Below are positions 31,786 to 42,854 of a stretch of DNA of 64,000 bases, in pieces. The notes beneath the pieces are model-generated. The model saw only the letters and a program-made list of their open reading frames with translations, was not told the DNA's origin and ran no database searches. The translations under genes were made by a program, and so were the position numbers. Where the stretch lies: positions 2,816,001-2,880,000 of the forward strand of contig OZ244252.1 of assembly GCA_965217185.1 (NCBI GenBank). Reading direction: 5' to 3'. Position 1 is the stretch's first letter, and each line of letters starts with the position of its first letter. Origin of the DNA: an uncultured Candidatus Entotheonella sp. (GTDB lineage Bacteria; Tectomicrobia; Entotheonellia; Entotheonellales; Entotheonellaceae).

Positions 31786-32359
31786 GGTGGCCAGCGTGAT
31801 AGGTGCCGTAGCACTGACGGGCAAGCCCTATTCCGCTAAACTGCGCCCATCAAAGGAGCAACTGCACGAACTTCCACAACGACACGGCTCAGATCTCGAA
31901 GAATGGCGGCGGGAACACTTCGGCCACGCCTTCGATTGCCTTACTCAGTGATGTTACGCATCTTTAGCGGGCGTTTGTGAATAGCGACGCCTTCCTGGGA
32001 GCGCGGGCATCTTGCCCGCAGGGTTCCGCTTGGCGGGCTGGAAGCCCGCGCTCCCAGGCATGGGGACCGCGGCGGATGCTGGGAAGGCGACCTCTGAAAC
32101 CGGTCAAAGCAGGGGCAGGATCATTCACAAACACCCACCTAAGGACCTCAAGCTGCTCATAACTCAAACGGTGCGTAACATCACTTACTCATTCAGAAGC
32201 TCGGTACCTCGCCCGCTCCCCGGATGCTGGAGCCATCCGAGATCGACTTGCTGCGGCAAAGCGAGAAGGAAGTAGCTTAAGGTCACGCGCGAGGTCCTTG
32301 CCGGCAAACGCTAACCTCACTGACCCTCCAGGGGACGCGAAATCACAACGGGGCAAGCC

Positions 32360-33878
<1,519 letters not shown>

Positions 33879-33886
<8 letters not shown>

Positions 33887-34193
33887 CGAGTTGGAAACCT
33901 TCCTGCAGCAGTACCCGGACCTGGTGCTGATCAATTTCTGGCAGGAGGGCTGCGACGCCAGCCACTATATGGCGCAGATGCTCGCCGGCCTGGAGCATTT
34001 CCAGCACATCTCGGTGCTGCACCTCAAGCTGGCCGAGCACCGTCCTTGGGCGGGCCATCACGGCGTTTTCGGCACGCCCGCGCTGGTGGTGTATTACCGC
34101 AAGCGGACGCTGTTCCGCATCATCGGGCGCGTGACGCCGGAGGAGTTGCTGCGGCGGTTTCGGGAGCTGGACGTGGGGGACGTTGGGTTTTGA
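33879..34193 (+). CDS. Thioredoxin-like protein with a CxxS motif
   Basis: LINFWQEGCDAS and HGVFGTPALVVY; overlaps the regulator stop codon. Confidence 0.7.
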
Positions 34194-34530
34194 GCTAAGC
34201 GCCGAAAACATGTAGGTTGGATTAGCCGCAGGCGTAATCCAACATCGGCGCAGCGGAATGTAGAGATACAGGATATTTGCTGCGAAAAGTCAGAATGCGT
34301 GGCGGCTTGGCTTAGGTGTATTCCTGTCGCTGAACACCTGGAAACAGAGTTGTGCAAATGTGGTGTTCGTGGTGGGTTCATGGCATGATGGCCTTGCTTG
34401 TTAGTGACGAGTGAAGGTTCTCGTTCATAGTTCGTCACGAGTGGTTTTTCAGGTAACCGAACAAGAAAGACATGATCGGGCTGGGGGCAAATAGTTCCCG
34501 GCTTGCTTCCCCTTGATGGGGAGACGAAGA

Positions 34531-34872
34531 ATGGCTGAAGAGTTTGTCAGGACACAACAGTTCGGTGAGTTCGTGAGCCGGATGGAAGAGCGTTTCGACC
34601 ATGTGGGTGAGCGTTTCGACCATGTGAACGAGCTGGCCGACCAGCGTTTCGACAGCATGAACCAGCGTTTTCTTGACCTCGAGAAACGTATGGAACAAAG
34701 CTCTGTGCATGTCGACCAACGGTTTGAGCAGGTTGACAAGCGCTTTGATGACATTCAGGCAGAGATTCGTAGTCTGCGAACGATCATGTTCACGCTGTAT
34801 GTCCCGATCGTTGTTGCGGTTGCGGGAACGCTCGTGGGAGTGGCGGTGAAGTTCCTGTTCTTCAATAGTTGA
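34531..34872 (+). CDS. Coiled-coil protein with a C-terminal membrane anchor (CCDC90/DUF1640-like)
   Basis: ERFDHV/QRFDSM/QRFEQV heptads followed by a hydrophobic C-terminus. Confidence 0.7.
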   Translation: MAEEFVRTQQFGEFVSRMEERFDHVGERFDHVNELADQRFDSMNQRFLDLEKRMEQSSVHVDQRFEQVDKRFDDIQAEIRSLRTIMFTLYVPIVVAVAGTLVGVAVKFLFFNS

Positions 34873-34892
34873 AGACAGGCTTAAACGCAGGC

Positions 34893-34932
34893 AAACCCGC
34901 TTTCCGGCCTTGGGGCTGGGAGCGGGTTTTTT
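34893..34932 (+). terminator. Intrinsic terminator
   Basis: AAACCCGCTTTCCGGCC-ttgg-GGCTGGGAGCGGGTTTTTT. Confidence 0.75.
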
Positions 34933-35039
34933 GTCAGGTTCACCGTTGGGAAGACAGGATATCTGGCGGCATCGCCAGATATCCTGTCACTAAACATGGC
35001 ATGTCGGACTACTGCATGGCATCAAAAAGGATGGGATGA

Positions 35040-36053
35040 ATGAAAATAGGGTTGTTTACCACCAATCAACAATATCTGGATACGGACATGGTGGGCGCGC
35101 TGGAGGCGCAATACGCCATGGTGCGCCTGGCCCGCGACCGCGGCTGGGATTCGCTGTTCACCGGACAGCACTACCTCAACGAGGGCAACAACAAGCAGTT
35201 GCAGATCGTGCCGTTCCTGTCGCGGCTGATGGCGGAGGCGGGCGACATGACCGTCGGCATGGGCGTGCTGCTGCTCAATCTGCACAACCCGGTGTACGTG
35301 GCCGAGACGGTGGCGTCGATGGACATCCTGGCGCGCGGCAATTTCGTGTTCGGCGTCGGTCTGGGCTACCGGGAGGTGGAATTCGACGCCTTCGGGGTGC
35401 GCAAGGGGCGGCGGGTGAAACGCTTCGAGGCGTACCTGGACGTCGTGCAGCGGCTGTGGTCCGGCGAGGCGGTGACCTATGAGGACGAGATGTGCAAACT
35501 GGACGCGGTGCGCATGAACATCCTGCCGGTGCAGCAGCCGCGCCCGCCGTTGTGGATCGCCGCCAATAACGACGCGGCGGTGCGCCGCGCCGCGCGTCTG
35601 GGCGATGCGTGGATGATCAACCCGCACTCGACCGTCGAGACGGTGCGGCGCCAACTGGTGCTGTACCGCGACGAGTTGGCCAAGGCGGACAAGCCGTTTC
35701 CGAGCGAGCTGCCGTCGATCAAGGAAGTGTTCTGCGCCAAGGACCGTGCCACGGCGCTGAAGGTGGCCGGCCCGTACCTGTTCGGCAAGTACCAGGACTA
35801 CGCCAAGTGGGGCCAGGACGACGCCATGCCGGACGGTGAGTCGTTCCACCAGGATTTCGACGCGCTGCTGCAGGACCGCTTTGTGCTGGGATCGCCCGAG
35901 GATTGTTACGAGCAGTTGCGGCCTTACTGGGAGGAGTTGAACGTGAACCACCTGATTATCCGCACCCATTGGGCGGGGCTGCCGCTGTCCGCCGCGTTGT
36001 CCAGCATCCGGCTGATGTCGGACGAACTGCTGCCGGCGCTGCGCAAGGTATAA
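35040..36053 (+). CDS. LLM-class flavin-dependent oxidoreductase
   Basis: LFTGQHY, HNPVYVAETVASMD, GVGLGYREVEF, PPLWIAA...RRAARLGD. Confidence 0.9.
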   Translation: MKIGLFTTNQQYLDTDMVGALEAQYAMVRLARDRGWDSLFTGQHYLNEGNNKQLQIVPFLSRLMAEAGDMTVGMGVLLLNLHNPVYVAETVASMDILARGNFVFGVGLGYREVEFDAFGVRKGRRVKRFEAYLDVVQRLWSGEAVTYEDEMCKLDAVRMNILPVQQPRPPLWIAANNDAAVRRAARLGDAWMINPHSTVETVRRQLVLYRDELAKADKPFPSELPSIKEVFCAKDRATALKVAGPYLFGKYQDYAKWGQDDAMPDGESFHQDFDALLQDRFVLGSPEDCYEQLRPYWEELNVNHLIIRTHWAGLPLSAALSSIRLMSDELLPALRKV

Positions 36054-36064
36054 GGAGGGATTAC

Positions 36065-36562
36065 ATGTCTCAATTGTCAGCCATGGCGGCGTCGGTCGGC
36101 GAGCGCCTGAAAGCCTCCGGCACCTCGCTGGGGGTATCGGAATCTTCCTGCGGCGGCCTCATCTCGGCGGCCCTGGTGGCGGTGCCGGGAGCCTCGGCGT
36201 ACTACCTTGGCGGCGGCGTCATCTATACCGCGGCGTCGCGCGAGGGGCTATTGGCCATCGGCCCGCAGGCCATGCAGGGGCTGCGCGCCAGCACGGAAGC
36301 GTACGCGCTGCTGAACGCCCGCACCATCCGGGAAACCCTGGGCGCCACCTGGGGCCTGGCCGAAACCGGCGCCAGCGGCCCGACGGGCAACCGTTACGGC
36401 GACGCTGCCGGACACGCCTGCATCGCGGTCGCCGGCCCGGTAACGCACGCCATCACGCTGGAAACCGGGGAAACCGACCGCGAAGCCAATATGTGGACGT
36501 TTGCGCAGGCGGCATTGGATTTGCTGCTGGCGTGCCTGTCCGAGGCGGACGGGTCGGGTTAA
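36065..36562 (+). CDS. CinA C-terminal / PncC-like protein
   Basis: SESSCGGLIS...VPGASAYY and AETGASGPTG motifs. Confidence 0.85.
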   Translation: MSQLSAMAASVGERLKASGTSLGVSESSCGGLISAALVAVPGASAYYLGGGVIYTAASREGLLAIGPQAMQGLRASTEAYALLNARTIRETLGATWGLAETGASGPTGNRYGDAAGHACIAVAGPVTHAITLETGETDREANMWTFAQAALDLLLACLSEADGSG

Positions 36563-36584
36563 GCACCCCTTCGGGAATGTCAAA

Positions 36585-36618
36585 ATGTAGGTCGGATTAG
36601 CGCAGCGTAATCCGACAT
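36585..36618. repeat. Single REP family A copy (others at 31113-31146, 34210-34245, 20204-20241)
   Basis: ATGTAGGTCGGATTAGCGCAGCGTAATCCGAC, identical to 3931-3962. Confidence 0.9.
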
Positions 36619-36633
36619 TCCACCCGGTGCTGC

Positions 36634-37062
36634 TCACCCGCAGACCGGCGGCACGGAAATCTCGCCCCGGTTGAGCAGGCCGATGAGCTCGGCGTCGCCG
36701 GCCAGAAAGTCCAACGCCGGCAATTGATCCGGGGCAGCCCAGCGAATCTGCTCAAAGGCGTGGTTGCGCAATTCGCCATTGAAGCGGGTGACGTGGTGAA
36801 AGACGAGCTTCACGCGATAGACCCCCGGATAGTCGTGCTGCGTGCGGTACAGTTCCGCACCAATGTCGGCCACGATGCCCAATTCCTCCTGCAACTCCCG
36901 GCGCAGCGCCGCCGCGCTGCTCTCGCCCGCCTCCAGCTTGCCGCCCGGAAACTCCCACTGCAACGCGAACGCCGCATCGCGCCGCCGCTGGCAAACAAGC
37001 AAGGCGCCGTGACGCTGGATGAGCCCGGCTACGACGGTCAGGATGGGCAATGCGGAGGGCAT
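36634..37062 (-). CDS. MutT-like NUDIX hydrolase
   Basis: WEFPGGKLEAGES..AALRRELQEELGI Nudix box. Confidence 0.93.
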   Translation of the reverse strand: MPSALPILTVVAGLIQRHGALLVCQRRRDAAFALQWEFPGGKLEAGESSAAALRRELQEELGIVADIGAELYRTQHDYPGVYRVKLVFHHVTRFNGELRNHAFEQIRWAAPDQLPALDFLAGDAELIGLLNRGEISVPPVCG

Positions 37063-37086
37063 GGGGAGAACTCCTCAGTATATACG

Positions 37087-37116
37087 TTGACATTATGACG
37101 TCTGGACGTCTATAGT
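37087..37116 (+). promoter_or_regulatory. Sigma70 promoter of the methyltransferase gene, with two GACGTC sites in the spacer
   Basis: TTGACA-N18-TATAGT; ATG follows 6 nt after the -10 box. Confidence 0.7.
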
Positions 37117-37122
37117 GCGCTC

Positions 37123-38259
37123 ATGAAACAGACCAGTAACAGACAGGCGCCGGGTCGGGTGCGTGATGCGATCATCCAGGTTTTGAAGCTGGCATCCGAC
37201 GGTTTGTCGGCCAAGCAGATCGCGGAACGGGTCGCGAGCGTCAACGGGTCTATTCCCGAGTCGTCAATCCGCTCGTATCTCAGCCTGAACACACCCGATA
37301 CCTTCGTCAGGGAGAGCCGGGGCGTTTACAGGCTCGGCGGGGATTACGGCGCCGAATTGCAACGCCCCCTGTTCGAGGTTGCGGCCCAGAGAAAGCCGTT
37401 CACGTTCGGCAGGGCAACCCTGTTTCACGCCAACGCCCTCGATTGGCTCCCTGACCAGGCAGACAACTCGATTCACGCAATCGTGACCGACCCCCCTTAC
37501 GGCCTGCAGGAATACACGGCGAAGGAGCAAGCAAAGCTCCGCAGCGGCAAGGGAGGCGTTTGGCGCATACCCCCGTCATTTGACGGGCACACGCGTTCGC
37601 CGCTGCCGCGCTTTACGACCTTGACCGGCTTCCAAAAGGGTTCCCTGCGGGAGTTTTTCTTCATCTGGGCACGGCTTCTGGCGCCCAAACTCGTGCCGGG
37701 GGCCAATGTGGTCGTGGCTTCCAATCCGATGCTGTCCGACATCGTCTCAGCGGCCTTGTCGGACGCGGGGCTTGAAAGGCGGGGCGCCATTGTCAGACTC
37801 GTGATGACCATGCGCGGCGGTGACCGTCCGAAAGCAGCGCACCAGGAATTTGCCGGGGTGAGCGTGCTCCCGAGGTCGATGTGGGAGCCTTGGGTTCTGT
37901 TCCGCAGACCGATTGAAGGCAGAGCACAGGATAATCTGCGAAAGTGGAAGACCGGCGGCTTTCGCAGACCCTCGGCGTGTTTGCCATTCGGGGACGTGAT
38001 TCAGTCCGCCCCGACGCGAAAGCGCGAGAAGCTTATCGCTCCCCATCCGAGCCTGAAGCCGCAGGCGTTCTTGCGGCAACTCGTCCGGGGCGTCCTTCCC
38101 CTCGGCGAGGGCGTCGTCGTCGATCCGTTCGCGGGTGCGGGTTCCACTCTGGCAGCGGCGGAAGCGGTGGGATACGCATCGCTGGGCGTCGAAAGCGACC
38201 CCGTGTATTTCGACATGGCAGCCAGGGCTATTCAACCGCTGGCGGAAATCGAGATTTGA
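37123..38259 (+). CDS. Beta-class N4/N6 DNA methyltransferase with an N-terminal HTH-like domain
   Basis: VTDPPY precedes HPSLKP and VDPFAGAGST; N-terminal RVRDAIIQVL..DGLSAKQIAERV...SSIRSYL. Confidence 0.92.
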   Translation: MKQTSNRQAPGRVRDAIIQVLKLASDGLSAKQIAERVASVNGSIPESSIRSYLSLNTPDTFVRESRGVYRLGGDYGAELQRPLFEVAAQRKPFTFGRATLFHANALDWLPDQADNSIHAIVTDPPYGLQEYTAKEQAKLRSGKGGVWRIPPSFDGHTRSPLPRFTTLTGFQKGSLREFFFIWARLLAPKLVPGANVVVASNPMLSDIVSAALSDAGLERRGAIVRLVMTMRGGDRPKAAHQEFAGVSVLPRSMWEPWVLFRRPIEGRAQDNLRKWKTGGFRRPSACLPFGDVIQSAPTRKREKLIAPHPSLKPQAFLRQLVRGVLPLGEGVVVDPFAGAGSTLAAAEAVGYASLGVESDPVYFDMAARAIQPLAEIEI

Positions 38260-38273
38260 CAGCAAGGCCCAGC

Positions 38274-38875
38274 CTAAACCATGTACAGCCAGTTCTGCCG
38301 CAGTTTCTTGATCCCGTGCCGGTCCAGCGTAGCGGTCCGCGTACCGAGTTCGCCGCGCGGGTTACGCCTGAAGTCCTCCACGCTGACGTGACTCAGGTAC
38401 ACTTCTGTGAACGTCATGGGCTGCCTGTCCGAGGCCGGCTCCGTTTCATTGTCCACGCTGTAACGAAGACGCACATCCACTGGTCTCACGCGCCGTGGGT
38501 ATCAACCGCTCCCCCTTTCTTCCGTGTCGTTTTGATCTCCACGCCCTGGCCGCCCGCCTTCACCGCGTTTTCCGGATATACGCCCTGCACAATGAGGTCC
38601 GGATGGCCGTTAAAATAGGTGTTTTCGGTCAGAACCCGCGAGTGCTTGGCCAAGCTGGCCGTCAACATGTCGGAGAGAACGCCGGACATGATAGCCGGGC
38701 GCAGCATATCGTCGAGGCGCTGCAATCCTTTGCTGACCAAGTTGGCATTTACGTCGTAGAAAAAGTCATAAACGTCTTGCATTGCCGAGTCAAAATCCCG
38801 GATGCGAAGCTCGTAAGGAAGCGACGTCAGCGGATTGAAGCTTGCTTGGTCGACAATGTTTCGATGGATCGGCAT
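38274..38875 (-). pseudogene. Probable type II restriction endonuclease, inactivated by an in-frame TGA and a frameshift
   Basis: PD-(D/E)xK-like GHPDL...VEIKTT; convergent with the MTase; TGA at 38486-38488 and a frame change near 38461. Confidence 0.7.
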
Positions 38876-39028
38876 TCGACAAGTATCCTTCGGACGTGGA
38901 AAACACCTGCGGCTGCTGTCAATGCCCTCAGTTTATACCAGACCACGCCAGCGGGGCATCGAATAATCCCCTCGCTGGCTGGTGGGCGATTGTGATAGCC
39001 TGCGGGGCGCTTGGCGAGGAGGCGAGGC

Positions 39029-40447
39029 ATGATACCTGTTGTGCTGTCGGGGGGAAGCGGGACGCGGCTGTGGCCGGTGTCGCGGGCATCGTGGCCGAAG
39101 CCGTTTTGCGACCTGTTCGATGAGCCCCTGTATCTGAAAACGCTCAAACGGCTACTGCCCCTGGGCAATCCGTGGACGGTGACCGTGCAGGCGCTGCAGG
39201 GACGCACGCGCGAGGCGTGCGGGCAGGTCGGCCTGACGGACGCGCAGGTGATTTGCGAGCCGTTCGGCCGCAACACGGCGCCGGCGATTGCGTTGCTGTG
39301 CCGCCTGTTTACCCTGCGGGGCAGGGGCAGCGACGTGGTGGGCATCTTTCCGGCGGACCATCTGGTTCACGACGATGAGGGGCTGCGGCGGGCGGTCGAA
39401 CTGGGCGCCGAGTGCGCCGCCAAGGGCGAGGTGGTCACCCTCGGCATGACCCCGACCCGCCCGGCGGTGACGTTCGGCTACATTGAGACTGCAGACGCCG
39501 CCCCGGTGCGGGAAGCCCCCCGCGTTCTGACCGCGAAGCGGTTTGTCGAAAAGCCGGACGAGGCCACGGCGCGCCGGTTGCTCGCCGCCGGCAACTGCCT
39601 ATGGAACGCCGGCATCTTCCTGTTCCGTGTCGACACGATGGCCGGACACTTCCAATCGTTGCTGCCCGACTTGTGGCGACGCATCGCAACCATTGACACT
39701 TCCCGCTCGAACCTCGCGGCTATTTACGGGCAGATCGAACCACTCAGCTTCGACCACGGCATCCTGGAGCGCCTGGATTCCCTGCTGTGCATTCCCTGCG
39801 ACGTCGGCTGGAGCGACGTGGGTTCCTGGGAAGAAGTGAGCGCCCTGTCGAACGGCGGCAGCCCCGGCGCGCACGTGTTCACGGCTGACGCCGACAACAA
39901 CTACGTGCACCCGCAAGACTCGAAGGTGTACGGCCTGGCCGGCGTGGATGACCTCATCATCATCGATACCGACGACGCCCTGCTGGTGACCCGCAAGGGC
40001 CAGAGCCACCGGGTGCGGGAGGTCGTGGAGGACATCCGGCAGCAGGGCCTGCCCGCCGCCATGCAGCACGACCACCGCTTCGACGCGCGCCCGTGGGGCC
40101 GCTACGAAGTGCTGGCCGCGCCGGGTCACTTCAAGGCCAAGGTCATCACCGTGGCGCCGCACGCACGCCTGTCCTACCAATCGCACGAGCACCGCGAGGA
40201 GCACTGGGTCGTCGTGCGCGGCGCCGGGCAGGTGGTCCTCGACGGCGTCACCCGCGCCGTCAAGACTGGCGACTACATCTTCGTCGCCAAAGGCTGCCGA
40301 CACCGCATGATCAACCCCCACGACAGCGACCTGCAGTTCGTCGAAGTCCAACTCGGCAGCTATTTCGGCGAGGACGACATCACCCGCTACCAAGATGACT
40401 ATCAGAGGGTCCCGCAGCCGCCCGACGCCGACGCAAAGCGCCCCTGA
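39029..40447 (+). CDS. manC: Mannose-1-phosphate guanylyltransferase / mannose-6-phosphate isomerase
   Basis: LSGGSGTRLWPVSR, EPFGRNTAPA, FVEKPD, WSDVGSW, cupin RPWG...LSYQSH.HREEHW. Confidence 0.93.
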   Translation: MIPVVLSGGSGTRLWPVSRASWPKPFCDLFDEPLYLKTLKRLLPLGNPWTVTVQALQGRTREACGQVGLTDAQVICEPFGRNTAPAIALLCRLFTLRGRGSDVVGIFPADHLVHDDEGLRRAVELGAECAAKGEVVTLGMTPTRPAVTFGYIETADAAPVREAPRVLTAKRFVEKPDEATARRLLAAGNCLWNAGIFLFRVDTMAGHFQSLLPDLWRRIATIDTSRSNLAAIYGQIEPLSFDHGILERLDSLLCIPCDVGWSDVGSWEEVSALSNGGSPGAHVFTADADNNYVHPQDSKVYGLAGVDDLIIIDTDDALLVTRKGQSHRVREVVEDIRQQGLPAAMQHDHRFDARPWGRYEVLAAPGHFKAKVITVAPHARLSYQSHEHREEHWVVVRGAGQVVLDGVTRAVKTGDYIFVAKGCRHRMINPHDSDLQFVEVQLGSYFGEDDITRYQDDYQRVPQPPDADAKRP

Positions 40448-40627
40448 GACCGCCTCCCAGCCTACCTGTCCTTGCGCAACGTATCGTTTGACACTACCAT
40501 GGCGCACTTTTTGGCGTGCCGAACCGGCCCAGCACTTCCCCCGCTTTTGGCAGACGTCGCGCGAAGACCCGGCCAAGTCGCCCTCCGGCAGATGCCCGGC
40601 AGCGAAACCTTCGTTGAGGGGAAACCG

Positions 40628-40858
40628 ATGAAGGAACTTATCGAACAAATCGCCAAGACCATCGTTGAGAATCCCGATGAAGTCCAAGTCAGGGCCATCG
40701 AGGGCGAACACGCGGTGGTCATCGAACTTCGTGTCGCTCCCGACGACATCGGCAAAGTCATCGGCAAGCAAGGCCGCACCATTACTGCCATGCGAACCAT
40801 CCTGAACGCCGCCAGAGCCCAGAAAGAAAAACGCCAGATCCTCGAAGTGATCGAGTAG
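40628..40858 (+). CDS. khpA: KH-domain RNA-binding protein
   Basis: MKELIEQIAKTIVENPDEV...DIGKVIGKQGRT. Confidence 0.9.
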   Translation: MKELIEQIAKTIVENPDEVQVRAIEGEHAVVIELRVAPDDIGKVIGKQGRTITAMRTILNAARAQKEKRQILEVIE

Positions 40859-40931
40859 AACCCCACGGGTTCGCCCGCCCGGCGCATTGTCGCCGTCTTC
40901 CGGCCATACCCCTTATCCCCGGAGTCGTGCA

Positions 40932-42854
40932 ATGAAGGTCCCTCGTTCCACCCGGTACACCCTATGGATGGGCACCGTCTGCCTGATGCTGACGCTGTTG
41001 TTCCTCGCCGGGTGCTCAACGCCGCCGTCGACTCGCACGACTGAACCCGAGCCGCCGCAGACCGGCATCGAATCGAGTGCTGAAGAGACGTTTGAAGTCG
41101 CCGAGGGTTTGCGTCGAGAGCAGCGCAACGCCGAGGCGCTGCAGGCGTTCGCCGACTTCATCGAGCAGTTCCCCGACAGCCCGCTGGGCGACGACGCGCG
41201 CTTGGCCATCGGGCAATTGGCCGCCGGGTTGGGCCGTCCGGATGACGCCGTCGCGGCCTACACGGACCTGATTGGCAACTTCCCGGATTCCGAGCTCCGG
41301 GCAGAGGCGTATCTGAGCCTGGGCCGGTTGCGGTACGATCAGCAGGACTACGCCGGCAGTTGGGTGGCCCTGCAGGACGCCCTTGACGCCTCGCCCACTC
41401 CAGAGCAGCAGGCGCGCGCCCATTACCACCTCGGCACCGCGTCGTTTGCCCTGCAGGCATACAGGGAAGCCGTCACCGATCTGGCCATGGCCGTGAATGC
41501 CGACGACCCCGAGTTGGCCGAAAAAGCCCGCACCCTGCTCGCCCAGATCGCCCGCCATCACCTCGACGTGCCGCAACTCGAATTCCTGGCCGATCGCTTT
41601 GCCAACGCCCATCCCGGCGACCTGCTCATGGCCGAGCTGGCGCGAAGGCACCGCGCCGCCGGCAACGTGCAAGCCGAAATCGACGCCCTGCGCCGCCTGG
41701 CCGACGCCTTCCCGGACCGCCCAGGTGCCGACGCAACCCTGGAACGCTTGCAGACGCTCGAAGCCATGCTCGACACCGACCCCACCAAGCTCGGCATTTT
41801 GCTGCCGCTGTCCGGCCCCACCGGCCAGATCGGCAGGTCGGCCTTGCAGAGCGTGCAGCTCGCCCTCGACATGCTGCAACAGCGCCATGCCGATCTCGAC
41901 CTGTCGCTGGTCATTCGCGATACCGGCGCCAGCACCGAGACGGCCCGCAGCGCACTGCACGCCCTGGTCGAGGAAGCGCACGTCATTGGCGTCATCGGCC
42001 CGCTGCTCAGCCAAACCGCCGAAGAGCTGGCACCCCTCGCCGACGAGCTGGGCGTGCCGCTCATCTCGCCATTCGCACGCGACAGCCAATTCCCGCAACT
42101 TAGCCCCTACGCCTTTCGCAACAGCCTGACGGACGCCATGCAGGGCCGCCTGCTGGCCTCATACGCCACCCAGCAACTGGCCCGCAGGCGTTTCGCCATC
42201 CTTCACCCGGACGATGCCTACGGCACCGCGCTTGCCGACCACTTCAGCGCCGCGCTCGCCGACCACAACGGCCGTGTGGTCGTAAAGGCTGCCTACCCGT
42301 CCGACGCGCAGAACGTCAGCCGTGCGGTGCGGCGTATCCGCGCCGAGACGTACGATGCCCTGCTAGTGCCGGACTACGCCGACAACATCGCACGCCTCGC
42401 CCCTGAGCTGGCCTATGATGCCGAGGCCGGTGTGCAGTTGTTGGGAACCGACGGCTGGAACGATCCGGGGATCACCGACGTCCCGTCGCGGGTGGTGGAT
42501 GGGGCGGTGTTTGTGGACGGCTTCTACGCGGATTCGCCGGTGCCGCACGTGGCGGCGTTCGTGAATGGTTTTCGCGACCGCTACGGCGCCGTTCCCGATC
42601 TGCTGGCGGCGCAGGCCTACGACACCCTGATGATGTGCGCCCAGGTGCTGCGCGCCGGGGTGCGAACGCGCCCCGAACTGCGCGACGGCCTGGCGCAGAT
42701 ACGCGGCTTCCCCGGCGTCTCCGGCGTTACGACGATGGACGCTGATGGGGATGCGGAAAAAGTGCTTTACATGTTGAGCGTGCGGGGGGGCAAGATCATC
42801 CAGATCAACGCGCCGGCGTTTCAGTATCCCGACGCCGGCGATCCAGTTGATTGA
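40932..42854 (+). CDS. TPR plus periplasmic-binding-fold lipoprotein (LpoA/LppC-like)
   Basis: Lipobox LAG-C, TPRs (QFPDS), LGILLPLSG, VIGPLLS, AQAYD; adjacent to PBP1A. Confidence 0.8.
   Translation: MKVPRSTRYTLWMGTVCLMLTLLFLAGCSTPPSTRTTEPEPPQTGIESSAEETFEVAEGLRREQRNAEALQAFADFIEQFPDSPLGDDARLAIGQLAAGLGRPDDAVAAYTDLIGNFPDSELRAEAYLSLGRLRYDQQDYAGSWVALQDALDASPTPEQQARAHYHLGTASFALQAYREAVTDLAMAVNADDPELAEKARTLLAQIARHHLDVPQLEFLADRFANAHPGDLLMAELARRHRAAGNVQAEIDALRRLADAFPDRPGADATLERLQTLEAMLDTDPTKLGILLPLSGPTGQIGRSALQSVQLALDMLQQRHADLDLSLVIRDTGASTETARSALHALVEEAHVIGVIGPLLSQTAEELAPLADELGVPLISPFARDSQFPQLSPYAFRNSLTDAMQGRLLASYATQQLARRRFAILHPDDAYGTALADHFSAALADHNGRVVVKAAYPSDAQNVSRAVRRIRAETYDALLVPDYADNIARLAPELAYDAEAGVQLLGTDGWNDPGITDVPSRVVDGAVFVDGFYADSPVPHVAAFVNGFRDRYGAVPDLLAAQAYDTLMMCAQVLRAGVRTRPELRDGLAQIRGFPGVSGVTTMDADGDAEKVLYMLSVRGGKIIQINAPAFQYPDAGDPVD

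Noticed and set aside
38486..38488. TGA read as selenocysteine, given selA/selB nearby
   Set aside because: A frameshift follows within about 25 nt, and the context is not a redox motif.
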